Source: Rebecca billardiae RCC1528 (Eukaryota; Protista; Haptophyta). Taken from it: 64,000 bases of DNA. The notes beneath the pieces were generated by a model, which was given only the letters and a program-made list of their open reading frames with translations, did no database searches and had not been told where the DNA came from. Positions 46,401-57,323 of the stretch are shown here, one piece after another; within the stretch, counting starts at the first letter, position 1, and each line of letters opens with the position of its first letter. Made by a program: the position numbers and the translations under genes. The stretch covers positions 372,001 to 436,000 of the forward strand of contig OZ251248.1 in the NCBI GenBank assembly GCA_965240325.2, in the 5' to 3' direction.

Positions 46401-48134
46401 AAGCAGCCTCCTCCCTCCGCCGATCGCCGCCCACAGCGGACTCGCAACATGACTGGCAAGTCATACTTCCCGCCGACGCGGCGCGCGCGCGCGCGCGCGC
46501 AGCTCGCGCAGCTCGCATCAGATATCCCGGTACCTACATCGTTCAAGGAAGCGATGGAGAGCAAGCAAGCATCCGATTGGACAAGGGCTATCATGGAAGA
46601 ATACGAGGCCCACGACAGGCTGGGCACATTCACGCCCGTCATTGTTCCCAAAGGGAAAGCAATTATCCCATCGAAGCTGGTCTTCAAGGTCAAAGCCAAT
46701 CCAGATGGTACCATCGAACGGTACAAGGCAAGATTGGTTGGTCAAGGCTTCCGCCAGATTCAAGGAGTCAATTACGACGAGGTGTTCTCGCCTACTATCC
46801 GGTACGAGAACGTACGCCTCCTATTGGCACTGACGACGGAGCTACGAACACCAGAAAGACCTTGGATCATCCACTCCGCAGACGTGAGTACGGCGTACCT
46901 CCAAGCCCCATTGGAGGACGGCCTGAAGATCTACACTACGCTACCCCCGCTGTACCCGTGTGCCCTCAAGCCACCCGAGGGACACGTGGTCGCGGCTGAC
47001 TGGGATATGGCCCTTCCAGGATTTAAGCAGAGCGGCAGACGATGGCACATCCGCCTCAGCCAGAAACTGCGAGAGAAAGGATTCAAGAAACTCACACAGT
47101 CGGAGTGCATCTTCGTCCGCACCTCAGGAGACATCATCGACGTCATCGCAGTGTACGTGGACGACCTGCTTATTCTGAGCAGCTCCCCCGACAGCGCAAG
47201 ACCCAGCTCGATTATCGGAGAAATTCGAAAAGAATTCACCCTCCGGGATCTGGGACCAGCAACGACTTTCCTGGGCATGAGTATCGCCCAGGGGCCCAAG
47301 TCGACGACTATCTCCATGTCACAGTACATCACCGATCTCCTCAAGAAGCACGACATGAGCGACATTACGCCCGTCGACAACCCGTGCAGATCGGCAGCAG
47401 AGCATCCGACAGCAGTCGAGACAGACGACTCATCATCGTGCTCGCCGGAGGAATCAAAGACCTACCGAGCAATTGTCGGAGCGCTACTATTCATCATGAA
47501 CACCTGCCGACCCGACATCAGCTACGCAGTCAATATGTTGGCAAGGCACATGGCGAGCCCAAGCTCGAACGACCTTAAAGGTGCCAAGCGAGTGCTCAGG
47601 TACTTGGCAGGGACAAAGAATTCCGGCATCACTTTCACATCAACGGCTACTACTCAGCCACGAACGGAGATGTTTGTGGACTCGGACTGGGCCAACGATA
47701 CAAAAGATCGCCGCTCGACCGGAAGCTATATCTACTTCCATGCTGGCGGCCCAGTATCGTGGCACACCTTCAAGCAGTCAATCACAACCCTCTCATCATG
47801 TGAGGCCGAATATGTCGCACTCGCGGAAGGAGCCAAAGAGGCAGTTTACCTACGCGACGTCATCAGCGATATCCTCAACATTCCAAAGACTCCCATTGTG
47901 ATCCACGAGGACAACAAGGGGGCGATTGATCTCTCAAAGAACAGCATTCATCATAAGCGCACCAAGCACATCGACGTACGACACCATTTTGTTCGAGATT
48001 GTGTCGACCTCGGTGCAGTCAACATCACCAAGGTGCACACATCGGAAAACATCGCCGATTGTCTGACCAAGGCGCTACCCAAGGACAAGTTCACCAAATT
48101 TCGAGACATCATGGTTACACCAGTTTCGAATTGA
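43452..48134 (+). CDS. Copia B gag-pol polyprotein (single ORF; start uncertain, frame open from 43047)
   Basis: CCHC knuckle CSHCGLRNHTAERC; protease YLDSGAS; integrase HNDVIGP, LDGGRE, NGVAERG; RT ADVSTAYL, YVDDLL; RNase H DSDWA, SSCEAEY, HIDVRHHFVR. Confidence 0.95.
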   Translation: MGSYATAEDHIETSSLDASPRTRRNGGEACITYLPDAHAMMAVQTSQPGVGSYKLNFFTIKSKMAIHGAIKDAVTEVKASFKGRATDTTSSMVTLVEARLSGYALAEAAVWTAENAIREPYATAFANMDADTTIMQMTIVYERSVEVLFKRIKDMMLPSLFSYLESKRHIVNPNENFLNLHTLLEIFEHELNVSTMSELRAEFKKLYPDRPTPVSGPEMIKQTVEMVRASRYRELDDATLLVFKLYNGMHEHPEVYSTVISIYGSMSPQQCVAQTEQLTAQIEDAYRRWTQSPKGRQATQRDPKRGGPAHALNTEEADRRQPAVTCSHCGLRNHTAERCWKLHPDLRPPRPPGAPRQGNFRLPAKPGGRDSKFIKVPPPQKRAGRPRAQMVQDEDIDPEPDDADLEPTQYAYLDSGASQSFVDINLGLLHNAHPISMSVKVAKRDIELHASKAGDMYVYLLDADSDTTVPVCLENVVGVEDLDTTLFSVNAFAAVGMAVVFDERPYIRIGPKRVHLRPDNTVGFKAVVPKAETAMPATADDVPPDVDPIKNGRKITLWQSRLGYADIKRVRATYRANDKMSEASPCTYQPSDVAKFKAKPFPGTRERTTRPLEMLHNDVIGPINGLPAKTPRWGTLFIDDFSGYMRFYDMQNKAEAPEKLDLMASEMGANSLSATMQNKGIAGCTIHLDGGRELHSKNWNRVLRRYDMLCNYMSPPHTQQLNGVAERGLGVIMNDARTMLYLSGVHHKWWYWAAKCAAAQRNLMSKHPTSDGKLVSPHELMFGTSPGPFLQKLRVWGSPCIYLVQSINKQNKLLPRAREGILLGYGFDGIFERGTIKRSHGYIVLSADDGKIVITRHVKFNEQVILDRISTHFKEIREIRDPLLAWSARRPPQGADAGKTRDSNTNEEGDEEFASSSSDADSDSERGGDDPPSPDEESDDDDKDDRDKPDDDEKGNDGDGDDGDGDGPGAGGRPSQSNTPPQPKQPPPSADRRPQRTRNMTGKSYFPPTRRARARAQLAQLASDIPVPTSFKEAMESKQASDWTRAIMEEYEAHDRLGTFTPVIVPKGKAIIPSKLVFKVKANPDGTIERYKARLVGQGFRQIQGVNYDEVFSPTIRYENVRLLLALTTELRTPERPWIIHSADVSTAYLQAPLEDGLKIYTTLPPLYPCALKPPEGHVVAADWDMALPGFKQSGRRWHIRLSQKLREKGFKKLTQSECIFVRTSGDIIDVIAVYVDDLLILSSSPDSARPSSIIGEIRKEFTLRDLGPATTFLGMSIAQGPKSTTISMSQYITDLLKKHDMSDITPVDNPCRSAAEHPTAVETDDSSSCSPEESKTYRAIVGALLFIMNTCRPDISYAVNMLARHMASPSSNDLKGAKRVLRYLAGTKNSGITFTSTATTQPRTEMFVDSDWANDTKDRRSTGSYIYFHAGGPVSWHTFKQSITTLSSCEAEYVALAEGAKEAVYLRDVISDILNIPKTPIVIHEDNKGAIDLSKNSIHHKRTKHIDVRHHFVRDCVDLGAVNITKVHTSENIADCLTKALPKDKFTKFRDIMVTPVSN

Positions 48135-48141
48135 GGGGGCG

Positions 48142-48706
48142 TGTCAAAGTCCAAGGCAGCCATCGGCGCCATTCCCCAGCTCGAGACTTTAATTCCAAGG
48201 CGCTGAGCAATTTCAGCCGCCAAGCTACAGACTTTCATCATGCAATTCAATCGGTTTCACCATTCAAGAGCAAGGCCAACAGCAGCCATTGTTCATGCAA
48301 GTTACTACTCCAAAGATAAGGAGCATCGGCACACACATGAGGTCTTCGGACTACACATCCAAGGGTCCAGGGATTCTTCACCACTTGGGAAGGTACCCTG
48401 AACTGGACCAGAGACTACCATGCAGTCATCAGAACTTTCTTTTCATTTCGAGGAGACGTCCCGATCATCACAGGAAGCTTACGTGCAATGACCCGAAGGC
48501 AATCAACGGAATTCCGAGAGCATTCCGACCGAGGGAAGCAGGCACACGAAGATTCCAAAATCTTCGATGCCACTTCCATCAGCTTTCACCAGACTGAAAC
48601 ATCAGCTTACTTGAAACCAGCCATCACTCATCAGCAAGGGGGACGCCCCTTCGCCCCACGAAACACAGCTAGTAAGGACCGCACGACACGCGCGAAGCGC
48701 CAATCA
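48142..48706 (+). repeat. 3' LTR of copia B
   Basis: Direct repeat of 37394-37958, followed by TSD TTTAT. Confidence 0.96.
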
Positions 48707-50144
48707 TTTATTCCCACTACGGAATAAAGGAAGCCATATGGCGGGCGTGAATGCGCCCGTCCCACGGCGACCCAAGGCCCCAGCGCCACGGCCCGGGAGT
48801 CACCGGCCGGGCGTGGCGTAGGCAGGTTATTGGTGCGGTCGTACGAGCGCATGGGCGTGAGTGACAGCTTCCTTTCCGACTTTTCGACCACTCTCACGTC
48901 CACGTCCACGTCCTCGTGCGACCGGCGCGCGTGAGGCTGCGCATGGGAAGAATGGGCAAGAAGGGACTGCCAGGATCACCGTTCTGACGGCCATTATGCC
49001 GACCTCTTAAATCCTCTTTCGGGTATGCCTTGCATCGGTGCAGACCAGTCAATGTTCCGTCTGACCCAACACACCGTGAGTCTGACGATCAATGTTGACT
49101 GCGCGGTAGTCGTGCGACCGCCGTCCGACACGGCTGCCGTGCGAATACGTGTGCAGCGTGTGCGCGCCTGTCAACGGCGAGGCGGTCATCGACCGACATG
49201 GCTAGGCCGAGCTCGGATCAGCGGACTAGTGACAACCTTCAGTCAGTGGGACCACGCCACGCCATTTGGCGACCTCGGCACCGCTGCTCAATGCCCGTCC
49301 AGAGGCACGGACGTGCCGCACTACCTGGCCAGCCACCGCCAAAGTGGGGCCCACCACCTGGACCCCCCTGTATACTCTGTAGTTAGTGTTTGACTCACCG
49401 CGGTCAGTGAGGCTGCCGGTCCGGACTGCGCGCCGCTGCATGTATGATGTAACCGCGCCACCGGCACTCGTCCGGGCGTCCCGTCGTCTGACGTCATTCA
49501 TCTGAACTGCTGTGCGGACGACTGTGCGACTGGAATGCGCGCACTCGATCTGCCTGCTGTGAAACTCTTCGTCAGACAGCCCGAAAGTTGACGATACCGC
49601 CGGGGAACCGGCCGCGCGTAGTCACGGCGGTGTCGGCGCACTTCGTCTTCGTGTCCAGTCTGACAACCACTCTCCATTCCCGTTGCGGAGTGGCCCCAAG
49701 GCGCCTGTGAGCGGCGCCAACGTGACGGCGCCCGCGCCTGCGGCCCGCAGTCGGCGGTGCCGAAGCCGAGCTTTGCTCGCCACGCACGGCTGTCTCAGTC
49801 TGTCTGTCACCGATCCACGCGCAGCACGTCGGCCTGCCTCATCGCGTGAGGCAGCAAGGCGGTGGAACGCCGAGGGATGCGAGCGCTTCCGCGAGCGCTC
49901 CCGCGGTCGAGAGGGGAGGGGCTCCGAGGTGCCGACAAGGGTGGTCGTGCCAACGCCGTCGTCGGAGTGGCGCGGGCCGAACCGGCGGCTGGAGAAGCGG
50001 AAATCGTCATGCGGAAAACGGGAAACGTTCATCGTCGGCGCAGAGGACTGCTGCAGGCTGCAGCCCTCCGCCTAGGAGCGCGCGGTCGTCGGCCAGCGGG
50101 GCGACGCAGGCGCCAGCCGGTGCGCTGTGCTCAAGCTGGGTGGC

Positions 50145-51083
50145 ATGGTCGACCTGAAGAGGCCCAAGTGTGATCACACAGGCTGCAACACGCGGCCTTC
50201 GTTCGGCATGCCGGGCGACGCGCGCGCCAGCCGGTGCGCTACGCACAAGCTGGCCGGCATGGTCGACGTGGTGAGCCGCAGGTGTGATCACGCGGGCTGC
50301 ACCACGCGCCCTTTGTGTGGCATGCCGGGTGACGCACGTGCCAGCCGGTGCGCTACGCATAAGCTGGCCGGCATGGTCGACGTGGTGAGCCGCAAGTGTG
50401 ATCACGCAGGCTGCACCAAGGTGCCTTCGGTCGGCATGCCGGGCGACGCGCGCGCCAGCCGGTGCGCTGCGCACAAGCTGGCCGGCATGGTCGACCTGAA
50501 GCACCCCAAGTGTGATCACGCCCGCTGCACCAAGCAGCCTTCGGTCGGCATGCCGGGCGACGCGCGCGCCAGCCGGTGCGCTACGCACAAGCTGGCCGGC
50601 ATGGTCGACGTGGTGAGCCGCAAGTGTGATCACGCCCGCTGCACCAAGCAGCCTTCGTTCGGCATGCCGGGCGACGCGCGCGCCAGCCGGTGCGCTGCGC
50701 ACAAGCTGGCCGGCATGGTCGACCTGAAGAGCCGCAAGTGTGATCACACAGGCTGCACCAAGCGGCCTTCGTTCGGCATGCCGGGCGACGCGCGCGCCAG
50801 CCGGTGCGCTGTGCACAAGCTGGCTGGCATGAAGCGCCTTGGGAGTGGTGCGCACATTCGGCACAAGCGTGGGCTGGAGCAAGGCTCGAGCACCAAAGCG
50901 TCGAGCGCCGCCAAGCGACAGCGGACGCGCACCAGCAGCACAGGCACGACCTCTGACGCCGCAGCAGCCGCAGCGCAGCCGCGGCCGCGGTCGCAGCTGC
51001 CGCCGGTGGTCAAGGCCCGCGTTGCATCGACACCACTACCGCATTCTGCACGGCCTGTGGTGATGGCTAGGCGGGTCAACTGA
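50145..51083 (+). CDS. EsV-1-7 repeat protein, copy 4 (6 repeats)
   Basis: Same repeat and tail. Confidence 0.85.
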   Translation: MVDLKRPKCDHTGCNTRPSFGMPGDARASRCATHKLAGMVDVVSRRCDHAGCTTRPLCGMPGDARASRCATHKLAGMVDVVSRKCDHAGCTKVPSVGMPGDARASRCAAHKLAGMVDLKHPKCDHARCTKQPSVGMPGDARASRCATHKLAGMVDVVSRKCDHARCTKQPSFGMPGDARASRCAAHKLAGMVDLKSRKCDHTGCTKRPSFGMPGDARASRCAVHKLAGMKRLGSGAHIRHKRGLEQGSSTKASSAAKRQRTRTSSTGTTSDAAAAAAQPRPRSQLPPVVKARVASTPLPHSARPVVMARRVN

Positions 51084-51729
51084 CAGCCGCCCGGCACGCC
51101 GCCGCCGCCGCCGTCGCCGCAGCAATCTCGCGCGAAGAGATTGCAGGGCCGATCGTCGAGGTGCTCGCCGAGTTCCGCGAGCGCGTGCGCGCGCTCGCGG
51201 CGAGCGGCGCCGACGCGGGCGCGCTCCTCGCCGAGTGCGACGCGCTGCGAGATCGCGATCTCAAGAACGTCGGCGTGCGACTGGAGGACCGCTCGGGCGA
51301 GGCGGCGCGGTGGATGCTCGTCTCGCCCGCCGACCTCGAGGCGGAGGCGGCGGCGGCGGCAACGGAAGAGCGCAAGAAGGCGCAGGCGCGCGAGGCGGTG
51401 CAGGCAAAGGTGAAAGGAGGCGGCGCGGCTGGCGATGCGCGCCGTGCCGCCCGAGCAGATGTTCCGCCCAGAGAACGACGTGCTCTTCGGACGCGAGGCG
51501 CCGTTCACGCAGTGCGCGCCGCGCGCACTGCGCCGCGCGCGCCACGCGTGCCGCGCCTGCGTCCGCCGCTCACCGCCCCTTGGGCGCTGGCCGACGCCCC
51601 CCGGGCTGCAGGTGGGACGACAGCGGCCTGCCCACCCACGGCGCAGACGGCGAGCCGCTCAGCAAGGGCGCGCGCAAGCGCGCGGAGAAGGCGTTCAGCA
51701 ATAAGCACAAGGCCAACTTTGAGAAGTGA
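51084..51729 (+). pseudogene. Duplicated CysRS 3' fragment (unit 4), frameshifted by a 7-bp insertion
   Basis: GCAAAG-GTGAAAG-GAGGCG at ~51410; last intron retained. Confidence 0.9.
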
Positions 51730-51826
51730 ATGGCCGCCGGCTGCGCCTGACTTGCTAGCAGCTTGATTTTGATGTGGCTCAAACCCCGCTGCCGCCCGCT
51801 TGCCGCGCGCGACGGATACTAATAAG

Positions 51827-51979
<153 letters not shown>

Positions 51980-52350
51980 AAATAGGCCGCCGCCCGCCGT
52001 CTCTGACTCTGAGTCTGAGTCTGAGGCCGTCGGCGTCGGCGGCCCGGTCGCGGACTGCGGCGGGCGCGCCGGCCCGCCCGCCGGGCGCCGCGCCCCGGGC
52101 GCCGCTGCAGCCTGCATGTATGTCGATGTATGAGTATCCGAGATAAATATATGTCGTAACCGCCACCGCTCGCACCGGCACTCGTCCGGGCGTCCCGCCG
52201 ACGTCGTCTGACGTCATTCATCATCTGAACTGCTGTGCGGACGATTGTACGACTGGCATGCGCGCACTCGATGTGCCTGCTGTGAAGCTCTTCGTCAGAC
52301 AGCCCGTCAGTTGACGATACCGACTCATACCGCCGGCGGGGCCACCGGCC

Positions 52351-54124
52351 GACAGGTTGCACGGGAAACTGACCTTGGTGTTACATGTCGGCCCTTTGGA
52401 GCATGGCTGCCCGCCCACGGTGCCCTCGCGGGTACGGCCGTTGCTGCCGCGCCATGTACGACTCAATGAGTCTTGCGCACGGTTTAGGCCGTGACTACTG
52501 ACGCACATGTAGCAGACCGAGCCCTCCTCCCAAGCTCGCCAAGGGCCCGACCGCGTCATTTGAAGAGCAGCCGCCACGAGCGTCATCCGACTCGACTCGG
52601 GTCGGCACGATACTACGTGCGAGAGGTTGCGACGGCGCGCAACTCCTCGTCATCGTCAGGAGTCAGCCAGCGAGCACCCTGCGGCCGCACCTCGGCGACC
52701 TAGCACACGCAAGGCAGACTCGACCTTGGGCGAGCCCTGGCGACCTCCGCCTCGAGCTGGATGCCACGCGTAGCAGCCTGAGTCGACGTCGTGGAAAGGC
52801 ACACGCACGCATAGAGCAGTGCGCCGCATCTGCCTGCCGGAGTGTGCCATCACCGCGCCCGCGCGACCGGGTTGAAGAAGAAGTCGTCAACGACGAGCGA
52901 GCCGGCGTCCAGTGGAACGGGCGGTGCAGCCGGCGCCGCGCTGTGCGCACAGGGTGGAAGCAGACCGCTGCCGCGCGCGACGTGAGCGAGCTACTCAGCT
53001 AGCGCACGCCATTCAGCTGCGGATGATGCGGCGAAGAGGCGCGCTACCACCTACTCCACCTCGCGCGACTTAGTCTTGCTGCCGTGATCACACACGCGCG
53101 CGATCAATGGCATACCCAACGTCGAGCGCCTGAGTGCTGTCTCGAAAGGTGCCTTCACCCTCACTCAGGGCGTGCCTGTCAGCGTGGTCGAGCGCCGCGC
53201 TCGTCGCCTCGGCCTGCTGAGCGTCAGCGAGTCGCTTGTCAAGGATCGCCTGCTTGCTGCGTCACGGCGCGCGAGCGCCACGACCAAATGCGTGCGCTTC
53301 CGATACTTCTTGCCGGCGGCAAAGGCAGACTGCCCAGAGTTCGCCTGCTTGTCCGAGGACCCCGCGCCAGACGCCTGCACGGCCGGAGCAGCGGCCCGAG
53401 CTGCAACAGCAGAGGCCGCGCGCGCCGTAGCAAGCTTCGCCCACGCGCGCTGCACGCGTTTGGCGAGCATCTTGCTTCCTTAGCGCACTACGCTTGCCCG
53501 CCTTCTTCTACTGGCTGGTACTCTCCGCCATCGCACTCGCTTCACGCGAGTGCCCGCCGAGTAACGATGGCGGCGCAGTCCGGAGGAGAGTACCAGACAG
53601 CTTCTTCTACGAAGGCCTCGTGAGGCGAGCTTCACAAGCACTCGCGTGTGTGGTCCGAGCCACCTGAGCGCGTGCGCACGGTTGCGCGCTCGTGCGTACG
53701 GCACGAGCAGTGCAGCAGGAGACCAGCACACGTTCGTGCAAAGGTGCACGCGCGCATACCGCAACCGGCGCATCCTGCTCGTTCGCGACAGCAGCCTCCT
53801 TGAAGGCTCTATCTACCGCCTGTATCCAGGTCCCAGTTGTGCTTCTTCCCGATGCGCTTCGGCTTCGCGCCACTGCCGACGCGGGAGTGAGAGGAACTGG
53901 GCACCAGACTGCGGTACCGATTGCGGGCGAACGGGGAGGCGGGCCGTGGCGGCGAAGGTCGGAAACCACCGGCATTCGTGTGCTCCGTGGTTTCCAAGCA
54001 CTCGCGCCACGCACCGGCCGCCATGGGACGGGCGCGATGTACCGAAAGACGGGTGGACAGGTCGCGTCCACTGTGAATGTAACATCTGTCAGTCGCGGGC
54101 GGTCATTTCTCCGTGCAACCTGTC
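52351..54124. mobile_element. Non-autonomous TIR element (~1.77 kb) with GGCC (or CGGCCG) target duplication
   Basis: Ends read GACAGGTTGCACGG ... CCGTGCAACCTGTC. The empty site CCACCGGCCGCGAGTTC is present in sister units (~17818, ~32162, ~58877). Confidence 0.88.
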
Positions 54125-54674
54125 GGCCGCGAGTTCACGGCGGTGTCGGCGCACTTCGTCTTCGTATCCAGTCTGACAACCGCTCTCCATTCCCGTTGCG
54201 AAGTCGACCCACGACACATGTGGGCGGCGCCAAGGTGACGGCGCCCGCGCCTGCGGCCCGCAGTCGGCGGTGCCGAAGCCGAGCTTTGCTCGCCACGCAC
54301 GGCTGTCTGTCTGTCACCGATCCACGCGCAGCACGTCGGCCGGCCTGCCTCATCGCGTGAGGCAGCAAGGCGGTGGAACGCCGAGGGATGCGAGCGCTTC
54401 CGCGAGCGCTCCCGCGAATGTGCGCGAGAGCTCACCAGAAGCGGTCGAGAGGCCAAGAGGCTCCGAGGTGCCGACAAGGGTGGTCGTGCCGACGCCATCG
54501 GCGGAGGGGTTTTTTTAACCGGCGGCCGTCCGGAAACGGGAAACGTTCGTCGATATATGCTCTCCGGCGGGCGTGCGCAAGGACTGCTGCAGCCCTCTGC
54601 GTGGGCGAGGAGCGGTCGTCGGCCAGCGGGGCGACGCACGCGCCAGCCGGTGCGCTGTGGACAAGCTGGCCGGC

Positions 54675-55964
54675 ATGGTCGGCGTGAAGAACCAGAAGCG
54701 CGCAGTGTGCGAACATGTTGGCTGCACCAAGGTGCCTTCGTTTGGCATGCCGGGCGACGCGCGCGCCAGCCGGTGCGCTACGCACAAGCTGGTTGGCATG
54801 GTCGACCTGAAGAACCCCAGGTGTGATCGCACGGGCTGCACCACGCGGCCTTACTTCGGGATGCCGGGCGACGCGTGCGCCAGCCGGTGCGCTACGCACA
54901 AGCTGGGTGGCATGGTCGACGTGGTGAGCCGCAAGTGTGATCACACAGGCTGCACCATGCGGCCTTCGTTCGGCATGCCGGGCGACGCGCGCGCCAGCCG
55001 GTGTGCTACGCACAAGCTGGTTGGCATGGTCGACCTGAAGCACCCCAAGTGTGATCACGCAGGCTGCACCAAGGTGCCTTTGTTCGGCATGCCGGGCGAC
55101 GCACGCGCCAGCCGGTGCGCTGCGCACAAGCTGGGTGGCATGGTCGACCTGAAGAACCCCAAGTGTGATCACACAGACTGCAACACGCGGCCTTTGTTCG
55201 GCATGCCGGACGACGCGCGCGCCAGCCGGTGCGCTACGCACAAGCTGGCCGGCATGGTCGACGTGGTGAGCCGCAAGTGTGATCACGCCCGCTGCACCAA
55301 GCGGCCTTCGTTTGGCATGCCGGGCGACGCGCGCGCCAGCCGGTGCGCTGTGCACAAGCTGGGTGGCATGGTCGACCTGAAGAACCCCAGGTGTGATCGC
55401 ACGGGCTGCACCACGCGGCCTTACTTCGGGATGCCGGGCGACGCGCGCGCCAGCCGGTGCGCTGCGCACAAGCTGGGTGGCATGGTCGACCTGAAGAACC
55501 CCAAGTGTGATCACACAGACTGCAACACGCGGCCTTTGTTCGGCATGCCGGACGACGCGCGCGCCAGCCGGTGCGCTACGCACAAGCTGGCCGGCATGGT
55601 CGACGTGGTGAGCCGCAAGTGTGATCACGCCCGCTGCACCAAGCGGCCTTCGTTTGGCATGCCGGGCGACGCGCGCGCCAGCCGGTGCGCTACGCACAAG
55701 CTGGCTGCCATGAAGCGCCTTGCGAGTGGTGCGCACATTCGGCACAAGCGTGGGCTGGAGCAAGGCACGCGCACCAAAGCGTCCAGCGCCGCCAAGCGAC
55801 AGCGGACGCGCACCAGCAGCACAGGCACGACCTCTGACGCCGCAGCAGCCGCAGCGCAGCCGCGGCCGCGGTCGCAGCTGCCGCCGGTGGTCAAGGCCCG
55901 CGTTGCATCGACGCCACTACCGCATACTGCACGGCCTGTGGTGATGGCTAGGCGGGTCAACTGA
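54675..55964 (+). CDS. EsV-1-7 repeat protein, copy 5 (9 repeats)
   Basis: Same repeat and tail. The frame is open from 54573. Confidence 0.85.
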   Translation: MVGVKNQKRAVCEHVGCTKVPSFGMPGDARASRCATHKLVGMVDLKNPRCDRTGCTTRPYFGMPGDACASRCATHKLGGMVDVVSRKCDHTGCTMRPSFGMPGDARASRCATHKLVGMVDLKHPKCDHAGCTKVPLFGMPGDARASRCAAHKLGGMVDLKNPKCDHTDCNTRPLFGMPDDARASRCATHKLAGMVDVVSRKCDHARCTKRPSFGMPGDARASRCAVHKLGGMVDLKNPRCDRTGCTTRPYFGMPGDARASRCAAHKLGGMVDLKNPKCDHTDCNTRPLFGMPDDARASRCATHKLAGMVDVVSRKCDHARCTKRPSFGMPGDARASRCATHKLAAMKRLASGAHIRHKRGLEQGTRTKASSAAKRQRTRTSSTGTTSDAAAAAAQPRPRSQLPPVVKARVASTPLPHTARPVVMARRVN

Positions 55965-56600
55965 CCGCCGCCCGGCGCGCCGCTGCCGCCGCCGCCGCCG
56001 CCGCACTCTCGAGCGAGGAGATCGCAGGGCCGATCGTCGAGGTGCTCGCCGAGTTCCGCGAGCGCGTGCGCGCGCTCGCGGCGAGCGGCGCCGACGCGGG
56101 CGCGCTCCTCGCCGAGTGCGACGCGCTGCGAGATCGCGATCTCAAGAAGGTCGGCGTGCGGCTGGAGGACCGCTCGGGCGAGGCGGCGCGGTGGATGCTC
56201 GTCTCGCCCGCCGACCTCGAGGCGGAGGCGGAGGCGGCGGCGAAGGAGGAGCGCAAGAAGGCGCAGGCGCGCGAGGCGGTGCAGGCAAAGGAGGCGGCGC
56301 GGCTGGCGATGCGCGCCGTGCCGCCCGAGCAGATGTTCCGCCCGGAGAACGACGTGCTCTTCGGACGCGAGGCGCCGTTCACGCAGTGCGCGCCCCGCGC
56401 CGTGCGCCGCGCGCGCTACGCGTGCCGCGCCTGCATTCGCCGCTCACCGCCCCTCGGGCGCTGGCCGACGCCCCCCGGGCTGCAGGTGGGACGACAGCGG
56501 CCTGCCCACCCACGGCGCAGACGGCGAGCCGCTCAGCAAGGGCGCGCGCAAGCGCGCGGAGAAGGCGTTCAGCAAGCACAAGGCCAACTTTGAGAAGTGA
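55965..56600 (+). pseudogene. Duplicated CysRS 3' fragment (unit 5), reading frame intact
   Basis: Near-identical to the native CysRS 3' end, including the last intron. Confidence 0.9.
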
Positions 56601-57323
56601 ATGGCCGCCGGCTGCGCCTGACTTGCTTGATTTTGAATTTGATGTGGCTCAAACCCCGCTGCCGCCCGCTAATGCCGCGCGCGACGGATAAATATATACC
56701 AAATAGGCCGCCGCCCGCCGTCTCTGACTCTGAGTCTGAGTCTGAGGCCGTCGGCGTCGGCGGCCCGGTCGCGGACTGCGGCGGGCGCGCCGGCCCGCCC
56801 GCCGGGCGCCGCGCCCCGGGCGCCGCTGCAGCCTGCATGTATGTCATGGCCCGCGGTGCAGGGCGGAGCGCGCAGCGTGGAGCCCGCACCAGCGGGCCCG
56901 AACCACGTTTCAAAAAGATCTTTGATCAAGAAAAAAGGGACGGGGGGCGATTTTTAGGGCTGGCGGAGACCGAGTTTCGAGTTTTTGAGATCGCATAGAG
57001 AGGTCCATTAGGCCGAAAAAAAGCGCGTCCAGCTGATTCCCTTAAGTAAAGTGCGATCTGGACGTCAGCTGGACGTGACATTAATGTAACGGTTCGTTAC
57101 GAGCGCGATTTTAAGTATGAGATTGCCGCCAACCGCCAACCGATAAAAACGGCAAGGCAAGGGCTCGGGAAATTTGATCACTTCTAAATGTGAATAGTAA
57201 AATGCTCTCCCCGAGCGCGCCTGTCGCCTCGCAGGCCGCGCGTCTCAGCGCCCTCTCGCTCCGCTCTCCCCGAGGCTGAGCTCGCGGCCCGCCTGTCACC
57301 TCGCAGGCGCGCGCCACGGACAC

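Larger units (their letters stand above)
37394..48706 (+). mobile_element. Ty1/copia LTR retrotransposon B, full length, 11.3 kb, with ~5 kb extra internal region
   Basis: 565-bp LTRs TGTCAAAG...CCAATCA (37394-37958 and 48142-48706; one mismatch noticed). 5-bp TSD TTTAT, PPT GAGGGGGCG, intact gag-pol. Confidence 0.97.
37370..49370. mobile_element. Tc1/mariner-like MITE (~680 bp when empty) split by copia B
   Basis: Ends read TA-CAGGGAGGTCCAGATG ... CACCTGGACCCCCCTG-TA, a 14/16 inverted match with TA on both sides. Confidence 0.7.
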
